Numbered from the stretch's first letter, positions 37,634-47,426 are shown. The stretch is DNA of 64,000 bases from an uncultured Acidobacteriota bacterium (GCA_963779415.1 CAVZYA010000001.1:1536001-1600000), one strand, 5' to 3'. Made by a program: numbers and translations. The notes: generated from the sequence alone by a model not told the origin.

Positions 37634-40600
37634 ATGCGCCATCTCTTCCGGGTCCTCGGCGTGGCTCTCCTTCTGCACACCGGTCTCCTGCAGGCCCTGA
37701 CGGTGGACGAGATCGCCGCCCGCCACATCGAGGCGCGCGGCGGGATGGAGAAGATCCGGGCCATCCGGTCGCTCCGCCTCACCGGAAAGGTCCTTTTCGG
37801 CGGGGGCGACTTCTCGATCAACGTGGCCTTTGCCCGGGCGGTCGAGCGCCCGGGGCTTCTTCGCGACGAGATCACGCTGCAGGGGCTGACCGCCGTGGAC
37901 GCCTGGGACGGGAAGGACGCCTGGAGCGTCCAGCCCTTCGAGGGCCGCCGCGATCCCTACCGGGCCGCGGCCGACGAGGCGCGCGCCCGCGCCGAGGAAG
38001 CCGACTTCGAGGGGCCGCTCGTCGGGTGGCGCGAGAAGGGGAACACCGTGGAGTACCTCGGGACCGAGGACGTGGACGGGACGCCGGCCCTCAAGCTCCG
38101 CGTCACGCTCAAAGACGGCAACGTCGTGACCCTCTACCTCGACCCCGACCTCTACTTGACGATCCGGGAGGCCCGCAAGCGGTTCGTCCGCGGGACCGAG
38201 CAGCTCCAGGAGTCCGACTTCGGGAGCTACGGACCGATCGCCGGCGTCCTCTTCCCGTTCTCGATCGAGTCGGGCGCGCCGAACCGGCCGCGCATGTCGA
38301 AGCTGACGATCGAGACGGCCGAGGCGAACGTCGAGTTCGACCCGTCGCTCTTCCGCTTCCCCGCCGCCGGAGCCGCGGTGACCCGCGCGATCCTCCCCGG
38401 GCCGAACGCGAAGGTCGAGGCCGCGAAGGCGACGCCCCGCCCGGCGGCCGCGGGGGCGCCGGTCCTCGACGCCGGCATCCTCTCCGGCCTCGGCGCCCGG
38501 AACATCGGGTCGGCCACGATGAGCGGCCGGATCTCGGCCCTCGACGCGCACAACAAGGGGGGGAAGACGACCTTCTTCGTCGGCGCGGCGAGCGGCGGCG
38601 TCTGGCGGTCGATCGACGGCGGGACGACCTTCCGCCCGGTCTTCGACAAGATGCCGGTCCAGTCGATCGGAGCCATCACGATCGACCCGACGAACCCGAA
38701 AACGGTCTGGGTCGGGACGGGCGAGAGCTGGGTGCGGAACTCCGTCTCCGTCGGCGACGGGATCTACAAGTCGACGGACGGGGGCGAGACCTGGACGAAC
38801 ATGGGGCTCCCCGAGTCGGAACGGATCGTCCGGATCCTCGTCCACCCGAAGGACGGGAACGTCGTCTACGCCTGCGTCCCCGGAAAGCTCTGGAGCGACA
38901 GCGCCGACCGCGGCCTCTACAAGACGACCGACGGCGGGAAGAACTGGTCGCTCGTCCTTCCGGGCCCGAACCTCTCGACGGGGTGCGGCTCGGTGACGAT
39001 GGACCCGAAGGACCCCGAGGTCCTCTTCGCCTCCCTCTGGGACTTCCGCCGGAAGGGGTGGACTTTCCGCTCCGGCGGCGACGGCCCGAAGGCCCCGAGC
39101 GGGAGCGGCCTCTTCCGGACGGCCGACGGCGGGAAGAGCTGGACGCCCTTGACCTCCGCGTCGAACAAGGGGCTCCCGCCGGCGCCCTGGGGGCGCGTCG
39201 AGGCGGCGTTCGCCCCCTCCGACCCGAAGGTCGTTTACGCCCTCGTCGAGGACACCGACTCGGCCCTCTACCGCTCGGCCGACGGCGGCGCCACGTGGGA
39301 GGCGCGCGACAAGAGCCAGGGGATGGTCTGGCGCCCCTTCTACTTCGCGCGGCTCATCGTCGACCCGAAGAACCCTGACAAGGTCTGGAAGCCCGGCCTC
39401 GGCCTGACGGTCAGCGAGGACGGGGGGCGGAGCTTCGCATACAGCGGAGGGCGCGCCCACGGCGACTGGCACGACGTCTGGGTCGACCCGGACAACCCGC
39501 AGCACGTGGCCGGCGGGGACGACGGCGGGTTCTGGATCTCGTGGGACGGCGGGACGCGCTGGTGGAAGACCGGCAACCTGCCCGTCTCGCAGTTCTACCA
39601 CGTGAGCGTCGACGCCAAGGACCCCTACCACGTCTACGGCGGCCTCCAGGACAACAGCAACTGGGTCGGCGACTCCTTCTACGGCGGCGGCATCACGAAC
39701 GCGCGCTGGGAGAACCTCGGAGGAGGGGACGGCTTCTGGGTGGTCGTCGACCCGTCCGACCCGAACATCGTCTACGCCGAGTCGCAGGGGGGCTACGTCA
39801 CGCGCGTCGACCGGCGGACCGACGCCTCGCGCGACATCCAGCCGAAGGCCCTCTACAAGGAGAAGCTCCGCTTCAACTGGAACACGCCGCTCGCCGTGAG
39901 CCCGACCGACGGCAAGTCCGTCTACATCGGCTCGCAGTACCTCTTCCGGACGCGGGACAAAGGGGACACCTGGGAGCGGATCTCGCCGGACCTGACGACG
40001 AACGACCCGGAGAAGCAGAAGCAGGAGGAGTCCGGGGGCGTCACGGTCGACAACTCGTCGGCCGAGATGTACACGACGATCTACTCGATCTCCGAGTCGC
40101 CGAAGGATCCGAGCGTGATCTGGGTCGGGACGGACGACGGAAACGTCCAATTGACGCGCGACGGCGGGAAGAGCTGGACGAACGTCGTCGGGAACGTCCC
40201 GGGCCTGCCGAAGGGGGCGTGGGTGAGCTGGGTGGAGGCGAGCCGCTACGACGCCGCGACCGCCTACGCCACCTTCGACCGGCATACCTACGGCGACGTG
40301 TCGCCGTGGGCCTACCGGACGACCGACTACGGGAAGAGCTGGACGCGGATCGTCGGCCCCGCGAGCGGAGTCCGCGGTTACGCCCACGTGATCCGGGAAG
40401 ACACGGTCAAGCCGACCCTCCTCTTCCTCGGCACGGAGAAGGGCCTCTTCATCTCCGTCGACGGCGGCGGGCAGTGGGCCGAGTTCAAGGGCGGGGAGTT
40501 CCCGAGCGTCGCTGTCCGCGACCTCGTGGTCCAGCCGCGCGAGAACGACCTCGTGATCGGGACGCACGGGCGGGGGATCTGGATCGTGGACGACCTGACG

Positions 40601-41491
40601 CCGCTGCGCGCCCTCGGCCCCGAGGTCCTCGCGAAGGACGCCGCCTTCCTCCCGGGCCGCCCCGTCCAGCAGCGGATGGGGGCCGTGGGAGGCTGGGTCG
40701 AAGGGGACGCCGCCTTCGTCGGCGAGAACCCGCCCGGCGGCGCCGTCATCACCTACTACCAGAGGACCCGCCATCTCCTCGGGCCGATCAAGCTCGAGAT
40801 CCTCGACGCGTCCGGCAAGGTCGTCGCGACGCTGAACCCGCCCAAGCGCCGCGGTATCAACCGCGTCACCTGGTCGATGCAGGTCCCGCCGCCGCGCGTG
40901 CCGCGGGCGGCCACGCTCGCCTTCGGCGCCTCGCAGGGGCCGAGGGTTCTCCCGGGTGTTTACTCGGTCCGGCTCACGAAGGGGAGCGAGGTCATCGAGG
41001 GGACGCTTCCGATCGGCCTCGACCGCCGGGCCCCTTACACGGCGGCCGACCGGAAGGAGCAGTTCGACGCCGCGATGCGCGTTCACGCCCTCTTCGGCGA
41101 CATGAGCGCCCTCGTCGACAAGATCGAGGCTTCGAAGGGCGCCGCCGACGCGAGGGCGAAGGCGGTCGGGGACGCGGACGCCCTGAAGCCGAAGCTCGCG
41201 ACGCTCTCGGGAAAGCTCGAGGAGGTCCGGAAGAAGATCGTCGCGACAAAGGAAGGGGGCGCGATCACGGGCGAGGAGCGGATCCGCGAGCATGCGGACC
41301 TCCTCTATTCGGCGCTCCTCGGCTGGGAAGGGAAGCCGGCCGCCTACCAGGTCGCGCGGATCGACGCCCTCCGGCACGAGCTGGACGACGTCGCGAAGGT
41401 GTATGCGGAGATCTCGGTGAAGGAGATCGCGCCGCTGAACGCCGAACTCGGGAAGAAGGGCCTCGCCGCGATCCCGGCCGGGACGCCGTGA
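37634..41491 (+). CDS. VPS10/sortilin-like BNR-repeat beta-propeller protein with N-terminal LolA-like domain
   Basis: Many S/T-x-DGG-x-T/SW Asp-boxes; SGRISAL, GGLQDN; N-terminal TVDEIAARHIEARGG module; GGAGG RBS. Confidence 0.85.
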   Translation: MRHLFRVLGVALLLHTGLLQALTVDEIAARHIEARGGMEKIRAIRSLRLTGKVLFGGGDFSINVAFARAVERPGLLRDEITLQGLTAVDAWDGKDAWSVQPFEGRRDPYRAAADEARARAEEADFEGPLVGWREKGNTVEYLGTEDVDGTPALKLRVTLKDGNVVTLYLDPDLYLTIREARKRFVRGTEQLQESDFGSYGPIAGVLFPFSIESGAPNRPRMSKLTIETAEANVEFDPSLFRFPAAGAAVTRAILPGPNAKVEAAKATPRPAAAGAPVLDAGILSGLGARNIGSATMSGRISALDAHNKGGKTTFFVGAASGGVWRSIDGGTTFRPVFDKMPVQSIGAITIDPTNPKTVWVGTGESWVRNSVSVGDGIYKSTDGGETWTNMGLPESERIVRILVHPKDGNVVYACVPGKLWSDSADRGLYKTTDGGKNWSLVLPGPNLSTGCGSVTMDPKDPEVLFASLWDFRRKGWTFRSGGDGPKAPSGSGLFRTADGGKSWTPLTSASNKGLPPAPWGRVEAAFAPSDPKVVYALVEDTDSALYRSADGGATWEARDKSQGMVWRPFYFARLIVDPKNPDKVWKPGLGLTVSEDGGRSFAYSGGRAHGDWHDVWVDPDNPQHVAGGDDGGFWISWDGGTRWWKTGNLPVSQFYHVSVDAKDPYHVYGGLQDNSNWVGDSFYGGGITNARWENLGGGDGFWVVVDPSDPNIVYAESQGGYVTRVDRRTDASRDIQPKALYKEKLRFNWNTPLAVSPTDGKSVYIGSQYLFRTRDKGDTWERISPDLTTNDPEKQKQEESGGVTVDNSSAEMYTTIYSISESPKDPSVIWVGTDDGNVQLTRDGGKSWTNVVGNVPGLPKGAWVSWVEASRYDAATAYATFDRHTYGDVSPWAYRTTDYGKSWTRIVGPASGVRGYAHVIREDTVKPTLLFLGTEKGLFISVDGGGQWAEFKGGEFPSVAVRDLVVQPRENDLVIGTHGRGIWIVDDLTPLRALGPEVLAKDAAFLPGRPVQQRMGAVGGWVEGDAAFVGENPPGGAVITYYQRTRHLLGPIKLEILDASGKVVATLNPPKRRGINRVTWSMQVPPPRVPRAATLAFGASQGPRVLPGVYSVRLTKGSEVIEGTLPIGLDRRAPYTAADRKEQFDAAMRVHALFGDMSALVDKIEASKGAADARAKAVGDADALKPKLATLSGKLEEVRKKIVATKEGGAITGEERIREHADLLYSALLGWEGKPAAYQVARIDALRHELDDVAKVYAEISVKEIAPLNAELGKKGLAAIPAGTP

Positions 41492-41517
41492 GGTCCGCGA
41501 GTCTCTACAATCGGGCC

Positions 41518-41751
41518 ATGACAGCGAAGAAGAGCGTCGTCATCTTCGGCAAGGACACCTGACCGCACACGACGGCGGCCCGTGAGGACTTCGCCGCGCG
41601 CGGATACCGGGTCGACTACCGGAACGCGAAGGAGTCGCCCGGGGACCTCGAGGAGATGCTCCGCCGGACGAACGGCCGGCGGCAGGTCCCCGTCATCGTC
41701 GAGGGAGACGTCGTCTCGATCGGATTCGACGGAGGAGCCTGAGGGATCTGA
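41518..41751 (+). CDS. Glutaredoxin-like selenoprotein with two in-frame TGA codons (UPHT motif and C-terminal U-x-x-stop)
   Basis: MTAKKSVVIFGKDT*PHTTAAREDF...GRRQVPVIVEGDVVSIGFDGGA*GI*; TGA at 41560 and 41740; SECIS-like hairpin follows. Confidence 0.85.
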
Positions 41752-41770
41752 CGGGGCCGGTCCGGCCCCG
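41752..41770 (+). promoter_or_regulatory. Putative bacterial SECIS hairpin
   Basis: CGGGGCCG-GTC-CGGCCCCG, apical GGUC ~17 nt after TGA 41740, like the E. coli fdhF SECIS top (GCAGGUCUGC). Confidence 0.65.
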
Positions 41771-41797
41771 CCGAGAACCCGAGGCCGGGCGCGCGGA

Positions 41798-42673
41798 TCA
41801 GAGGTCGCGCGCCTTGAAGGTGTCGCAGCCGGCGACGTCGCCGGTTTCGAGCCCCCGCCGGAACCACTTGACACGTTGCGCCGAGGAGCCGTGGGTGAAC
41901 GACTCCGGGCGGACGCCGCGTCCCGCGCTCCGCTGGAGCCGGTCGTCACCGATGGCGGCCGCCGCGTTCAGCCCCGACTCGACGTCCCCGGACTCGAGGA
42001 TCCCACGCTCGCTCGTCGAGTGGCCCCAGACGCCCGCAAGGCAGTCGGCCTGAAGCTCCAGCCGGACGGAGAGAGCGTTCGCGAGGTCCGGCCGCGACTC
42101 CTGCGCGCGGCGCATCTCGCGCTCGATCCCGAGGAGGTTCTGGACGTGATGCCCCAGCTCGTGAGCGACGACGTAGGCCTCGGCGAACTCGCCCGGCGCC
42201 CCGAAGCGGCGCTGAAGATCGTCGTAGAAGGCGAGGTCGATGTAGACCTTCCGGTCGCCCGGGCAGTAGAAGGGACCGCTCGCCGCGCTCGCGAAGCCGC
42301 AGGCGGAGTCGATCGCGTCGGTGAAGAGAACGAGTTTCGCCCGCTCGTACCGCCCGTCGAGGAGTCGCCCCCACGTCGCTTGCGCGTCGTCGAGGACGAA
42401 GGAGACGAACTGCACCCGCTGATCCTCGCTCGCCCGCGCCGCGGTCGAGGGGCCGGGCCGCGTCGAGGACGAAGGGGCAGGGGCGACGGTCGCCTCCGGG
42501 CCGCCGGAGAGAAGGGCGAAGAAGTCCTTCTTGAAGACGATCGAGAGGACCGCGAGAAGAATAAAGCCTCCGAGTCCGAGGCGCATTCCCCCGCCGCCGA
42601 AGCCCCCTCCCGCCGGAGTCTCACCTCTCCGATCCTCGACGTCCTCGCTCTGCCCGCCCGGCGTCCAGCGCAT
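41798..42673 (-). CDS. Neutral zinc metallopeptidase (YpfJ-like)
   Basis: SEDVEDRRG, GPFYCPGD, AHELGHHVQ, ELQADC, GDDRLQ, FTHGSS. Confidence 0.92.
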   Translation of the reverse strand: MRWTPGGQSEDVEDRRGETPAGGGFGGGGMRLGLGGFILLAVLSIVFKKDFFALLSGGPEATVAPAPSSSTRPGPSTAARASEDQRVQFVSFVLDDAQATWGRLLDGRYERAKLVLFTDAIDSACGFASAASGPFYCPGDRKVYIDLAFYDDLQRRFGAPGEFAEAYVVAHELGHHVQNLLGIEREMRRAQESRPDLANALSVRLELQADCLAGVWGHSTSERGILESGDVESGLNAAAAIGDDRLQRSAGRGVRPESFTHGSSAQRVKWFRRGLETGDVAGCDTFKARDL

Positions 42674-42698
42674 GCTCGTCCCCCTCCCGGTGCGGAAT

Positions 42699-44336
42699 CT
42701 ACTCGATCGCCGCCGTCGACCGCACCTGCTGGCGGAGCAGGTACTTCTGGATCTTCCCGGTGGACGTCTTCGGGATCGGCTGAAAGATGAACGCCTTCGG
42801 CACCTTGAAGTGGGCCATCCGCTCGCGGCAGAACTCCCGAAGCTCCTCGGCGGTGGCGCTCCTTCCCTCCCGAAGCTCGACGTAGGCGCACGGGACCTCT
42901 CCCCACTTCGGGTCGGGGGTCGCGACGACCGCGGCGGTCAGGACCGCCGGATGCCGGTAGAGCGTCTCCTCGATCTCGACGGAGGAGATGTTCTCTCCCC
43001 CCGAGATGATGATGCCCTTCGACCGGTCCCTGATCTTGACGTACCCGTCCTCCTCCCGCACGGCGAGGTCGCCCGTGTGGTACCAGCCGCCGCGGAAGGC
43101 CTCCTCGGTCGCCTTCGGGTTCTTCAGGTACCCCTTCATCGTCAGGTTCCCTCGAAACATGATTTCGCCCATCGTCTCGCCGTCACGCGGGACGGGCTGC
43201 ATCGTCTGCGGATCGAGGACCGTGACCGCCTCCTGCATGTGATAGCGGACCCCCTGCCGGCCGTTCCGCTCCGTTCGCTCCTCGATCGTCAGGGCTCCCC
43301 ACTCCTGGTGCTTGGCGCAGATCGCGGCCGGCCCGTAGGTCTCGGTCAGGCCGTAGACGTGGGTGATGTCGAAGCCGATCCGCTCCATCCCCTCGATCAC
43401 GGCGGAAGGCGGCGGCGCCGCGGCCACGAGTGCAAAGACCCGGTGGTCGATCCCCTCCCGCCACGCGGCCGGAGCGCTCACGAGGAGCGAGTGGACGACG
43501 GGCGCGCCGCAGTAATGCGTCACCCGGTGCTTCCGGATCGCTTCGAGGATCCGCTTCGCGTCGACGCGGCGAAGGCAGATGTTGGTCCCCGAATTCGCCG
43601 CGAGAGTCCAGGGGAAGCACCAGCCGTTGCAGTGGAACATCGGAAGCGTCCAGAGGTAGACGGCGTGCGGCGGCATCCCCCAGCTGACGATGTTGGAGAC
43701 GGCGTTCAGGTAGGCGCCCCTGTGGTGATAGACGACCCCCTTCGGATTCCCGGTCGTCCCCGACGTGTAGTTGAGGGAGATCGCGTCCCACTCGTCGGCG
43801 GGGCCCCGCCACGCGTATTCGGCGTCGCCCCCGGCGAGAAGCTCCTCGTAGCCGATCCCGCCGATGCCGTCGGCGGGGAGGCGCGCCTCGGAGTCGTGCA
43901 CGTCGACGAGGAGGAGCGGCCGCGGGATCCGGGCGACGGCCTGCCTCATCCGCTCGGCGAACTCGCTGTCGCAGATCACGGCCCGGGCCTCGCCATGTTC
44001 GAGCATGAAGGCGATCGTCTCGACATCGAGGCGGGTGTTGATCGTGTGGAGGACCGCTCCCGCCATCGGCACGCCAAAGTGACATTCGTACATCTCCGGC
44101 GTGTTCGCGAGCATCACGGAGACTGTCTCTCCCGGGCCGACCCCGCTCGCGGCGAGCGCCGACGCGAGGCGCCGGCAGCGCGCGTACGTCTCGCTCCAGG
44201 TGTAGGAGCGCGCGCCATGGACGACCGCGAGGCGGTCCGGGTAGACGGAGGCCGAACGCTCGAGAAAGGTGAGCGGCGTCAGCGGAACGTAGTTCGCGGC
44301 GTTCCTTTCGAGACCGGTCCGGTAGAGGTTCGTCAT
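42699..44336 (-). CDS. Acyl-CoA synthetase (AMP-forming)
   Basis: YTSGTTGNPKG, YGLTE, TGDLA, SGGENI, PKTSTGKIQK. Confidence 0.93.
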   Translation of the reverse strand: MTNLYRTGLERNAANYVPLTPLTFLERSASVYPDRLAVVHGARSYTWSETYARCRRLASALAASGVGPGETVSVMLANTPEMYECHFGVPMAGAVLHTINTRLDVETIAFMLEHGEARAVICDSEFAERMRQAVARIPRPLLLVDVHDSEARLPADGIGGIGYEELLAGGDAEYAWRGPADEWDAISLNYTSGTTGNPKGVVYHHRGAYLNAVSNIVSWGMPPHAVYLWTLPMFHCNGWCFPWTLAANSGTNICLRRVDAKRILEAIRKHRVTHYCGAPVVHSLLVSAPAAWREGIDHRVFALVAAAPPPSAVIEGMERIGFDITHVYGLTETYGPAAICAKHQEWGALTIEERTERNGRQGVRYHMQEAVTVLDPQTMQPVPRDGETMGEIMFRGNLTMKGYLKNPKATEEAFRGGWYHTGDLAVREEDGYVKIRDRSKGIIISGGENISSVEIEETLYRHPAVLTAAVVATPDPKWGEVPCAYVELREGRSATAEELREFCRERMAHFKVPKAFIFQPIPKTSTGKIQKYLLRQQVRSTAAIE

Positions 44337-44535
44337 CGGCGTCTCTCCCCAAGGTGAAGTCTAAATGCCCGGAGAGACGAAAAAGCCCCCGTTTCCGGGG
44401 GCTTTGGGGTGCTCTGCCCCCCAATTTTCCAGACACATGGCTCCGACGGATGATGACGTTGCGCACGTCTTTCAACCGAATATCGAACGGCGGTCGGCCC
44501 GGCGCCGGCGACTCGGAATTCCTTCTACGGCACCG

Positions 44536-45870
44536 TCAGCGACGGTGCCCGCCGCCATGCGAACCGCCACCGGCGCTGAAGCCACCGCCGGACCAGTGTG
44601 AGCCGCCGGCGCTACCGAAGCTGCGCCCGCTACTTGTCGGCGCATACCCCCGCGGCGCCGGAGCCGAGTACCGCTGTGCCGGAGCCGAGTACCGCTGTAC
44701 CGGTGCCGAGTACCGCTGTACGGGAGCCGAGTACCGCTGTACCGGAGCCGAGTACCGCTGTGCCGGAGCCGCGGATCGCCGCGTCGGAATCTGGCCGCGT
44801 GTCGTGCCGCGGGAGGTTCGCCACGCCTCATCCGATGCGCGGCTCACGCGAGGCGAACCCGCATAGCGAGAACTCTGCTCAAACGACCGGCTTTGGTTCC
44901 TTGACACCGTCCCGGCCCCGAACCGGTTCCAGTTCCCGGGTCTCGCCGTCAGGTTCCGGGAAGCCATCGAGCCAGCGTTGTAGCGCGCGGCAACCCTTCT
45001 GTCCGGGTAGCTGACTCCGTGACGGTGACCGGGATCGTGATGCCAGTCCCCTCTGCCGCCATGCCCGCCCGGCAAGTACCTGCAGTGGTAGCCATAGTGT
45101 CGGAAGAAGGGTCCGTTGACGTACACCGATCCGCCGAACCAGTTCGGGCCCCAGCCCCAGCCCCACGCCCAGCCCGGCCAGCTGCCGAAGCAGAATCCGA
45201 TGTCGATGGCCGGACCGAATCCATAACCCCAAGGGTACGAGAGGGCCGGATAGTAACCCCACGCCGGAGCTCCCCAGACATAGGCGGGATCGTATTGGGG
45301 CACGTAGATCACCTGCGGATCGGCCGGTGCGATGTCGATGGCCGTCAGTCCGTTATCCGTCTCGGTCGTGACGATCTGCTGTGGAGTGGAAGAGAGCTTG
45401 CCGCTGGCCTTCGCCCGCGCACGCAGCCGCTGAACCGCGGCCATCACATCCGATCGCTGCGCGAGGAAGGCGTTGCCTAATGCCGCCGTCCACTCGACGT
45501 CCCGGTTCATCGTCGCCAGGACGTCGGGGAAGGCCACGAGGCTCTGAACGCTGGCGTCCCAATCCTGCTCGCGGGCGGCATCCGTCAGCTGCTGTCCCTT
45601 GAGACTTCCATTCCGCTCCAGCCACTGCTGCGCCTCTACGACCTCCAGCGGGTAAGTGCTCGCCACGAGGATCTGACTCAGCAGAGGATCGGGATAGAGC
45701 GCGATGGGAGCCACGAGATCAGCCAGCTGGTCCGGAGTCAGCTTCTCCGCCTGGATCGACGCCTGATCTCCGGCCCCCCCGGTGGACGCCTGTTCCTGGG
45801 CCATCGACACGAACGGAATTCCCGTTAAAACCGCTAACACCAAGACCTGACGCGCCAATCGAGATTTCAT
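44536..45870 (-). CDS. DUF3300 domain protein with low-complexity C-terminus
   Basis: LVAPIALYPDPLLSQILVASTYP, WDASV, LGNAFLAQ, IYVPQYDP. Confidence 0.9.
   Translation of the reverse strand: MKSRLARQVLVLAVLTGIPFVSMAQEQASTGGAGDQASIQAEKLTPDQLADLVAPIALYPDPLLSQILVASTYPLEVVEAQQWLERNGSLKGQQLTDAAREQDWDASVQSLVAFPDVLATMNRDVEWTAALGNAFLAQRSDVMAAVQRLRARAKASGKLSSTPQQIVTTETDNGLTAIDIAPADPQVIYVPQYDPAYVWGAPAWGYYPALSYPWGYGFGPAIDIGFCFGSWPGWAWGWGWGPNWFGGSVYVNGPFFRHYGYHCRYLPGGHGGRGDWHHDPGHRHGVSYPDRRVAARYNAGSMASRNLTARPGNWNRFGAGTVSRNQSRSFEQSSRYAGSPRVSRASDEAWRTSRGTTRGQIPTRRSAAPAQRYSAPVQRYSAPVQRYSAPVQRYSAPAQRYSAPAPRGYAPTSSGRSFGSAGGSHWSGGGFSAGGGSHGGGHRR
44657..44770. repeat. 21-bp tandem repeat x ~5.4 encoding (S)AP(V/A)QRY
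   Basis: gccggagccgagtaccgctgt units with minor variants. Confidence 0.95.
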
Positions 45871-46094
45871 CTTCCACCCCCTTGGCGGACCCACACCGAG
45901 AAGACGCAACGCTCGTGCCGCCGTGGCGTCACCCCAAGGATACGTCGAGGGGAAACGTATGGTGCCGACTTTCGGTGTGCGCCGCGCTCCCGGTGCCGCG
46001 ATTGTCCCTGAAGCCCCTGCTGGGCCCTGTGCGACGATTGGTCCGTGGACATCTCTGATCCCGAGATCTCGTGCCGAGCGGTCTCGGGCCACCG

Positions 46095-47063
46095 ATGAGG
46101 GTCAGCGTCGTCATTCCGACCTACAACTGTGCGGCGTATCTGCCGACCTGTCTGGAAGGGGTCTTCGCGCAGACCTGGCGGGACCTCGAGGTGATCGTCG
46201 TTGACGATGGCAGCACCGATGGCACCGGGGACGCGCTGCGCCCGTGGATGGAAAAAATCCGCTGCATCCGGCAGGCGAACGCCGGCGTCGCGGCCGCCCG
46301 GAATGCCGGCATCTGTTCTTCCTCCGGCCCGCTGGTCGCTTTCCTCGATGCGGACGACCTGTGGGCGGAGCGGAAGCTCGAGCTCGAAGTCGCGGCCCTC
46401 ACGGCCGAACCGGGCGCGGGACTCGTCTGCTCTGACTTCTCGATCGAGCACGCCGACGGAACGGTCCTCGATTCCTACTTTCGGCAGCGCGGCGGCTACG
46501 AGACCGGCCGTGTCTTCTCGCCGCTGGTGCGAAGCTGCTTCATCTTCACCTCGACCGTCATCATGCGGCGCTCCCTCATCGACACCCTCGGCGGATTCAA
46601 CGAGTCCATCGGCTGGGGCGACGACTACAACATGTGGCTCCGGGCGGCGCTACGGAGCCGCATCCAGGTCGTCCCGGAAGTCCTATGCACGAAGCGGGAG
46701 CGCCCGGGCAACGTGAGACCCTTCGAGGAGATGGCCGCCTACACGATCGGGGCGCTCCGGAACCTCTTCACGCAAGCGCCGGAAATGACCCGGGAGGAGT
46801 GGCTGCTCCTTCGGCGCGAGGTCGGACGGCTCGAGTATTCCCTCGGGAGGCATCTACTCTTGCGGGAAAGGAGCAGGGACGCGCGTCCCAGGCTCCGGGC
46901 GGCCGTGGAGCTGGGCCACTCGCGCGCGTCGGCCGCAGCCCTGGTCTGCCTGAGCTTCCTGCCGGGGGCGGCCTTTCGTCAGGCCGTCAAAACCCGGCGG
47001 CGCCTGCGAGCGTTGATCGACGACATTCGGGTTGCCCGGACTGCACCGGGGAGCGAGCCATGA
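46095..47063 (+). CDS. Glycosyltransferase family 2
   Basis: VSVVIPTYN, VVDDGSTD, ARNAG, FLDADD. Confidence 0.92.
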   Translation: MRVSVVIPTYNCAAYLPTCLEGVFAQTWRDLEVIVVDDGSTDGTGDALRPWMEKIRCIRQANAGVAAARNAGICSSSGPLVAFLDADDLWAERKLELEVAALTAEPGAGLVCSDFSIEHADGTVLDSYFRQRGGYETGRVFSPLVRSCFIFTSTVIMRRSLIDTLGGFNESIGWGDDYNMWLRAALRSRIQVVPEVLCTKRERPGNVRPFEEMAAYTIGALRNLFTQAPEMTREEWLLLRREVGRLEYSLGRHLLLRERSRDARPRLRAAVELGHSRASAAALVCLSFLPGAAFRQAVKTRRRLRALIDDIRVARTAPGSEP

Positions 47064-47116
47064 ACTCTCGCGCGTTCCAGGTGATCTGCCCGATCGTCAC
47101 CCTGACTATTCCAAAA

Positions 47117-47193
47117 TGGCGGGGCCGACGAGGCTCGAACTCGCGACCTCAGGCGTGACAGGCCTGCGCTCTAACCAACTGAGCTACGACCCC
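47117..47193 (-). tRNA. tRNA-Asp(GTC)
   Basis: GGGGTCGTAGCTCAGTTGGTTAGAGCGCAGGCCT-GTC-ACGCCTGAGGTCGCGAGTTCGAGCCTCGTCGGCCCCGCCA; full cloverleaf with CCA. Confidence 0.97.
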
Positions 47194-47243
47194 GCGTGAT
47201 GCGTGACTTTTCTCCCGCCCGTGCCGCGGCCGGCAGCTCCACA

Positions 47244-47319
47244 TGGTGGGAGGTACCGGACTCGAACCGATGACTTCCTGCGTGTAAAGCAGGCGCTCTA
47301 CCAACTGAGCTAACCTCCC
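47244..47319 (-). tRNA. tRNA-Val(TAC)
   Basis: GGGAGGTTAGCTCAGTTGGTAGAGCGCCTGCTT-TAC-ACGCAGGAAGTCATCGGTTCGAGTCCGGTACCTCCCACCA. Confidence 0.97.
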
Positions 47320-47426
47320 GCGGCTTCCGGGAGACTCGTGCCAAAGACCGGCCCAGGACAATTCGCCGGGGCGGGCGAAGATACCTCCGGGGTCCCGTTC
47401 CGTCAAGAAACGTACTCGCCGCGCGT

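Noticed and set aside
37541-41377. Upstream part of the 1828-aa minus-strand ORF (35891-41377)
   Set aside because: Antisense shadow of the VPS10 gene; only the last ~550 codons have real domains and their own RBS
44657-44770. 21-bp repeats as a CRISPR-like array
   Set aside because: Contiguous, in frame, without spacers; a coding VNTR
47149-47426. ORFs spanning the tRNA genes
   Set aside because: Overlap two complete tRNA cloverleaves; no protein motif
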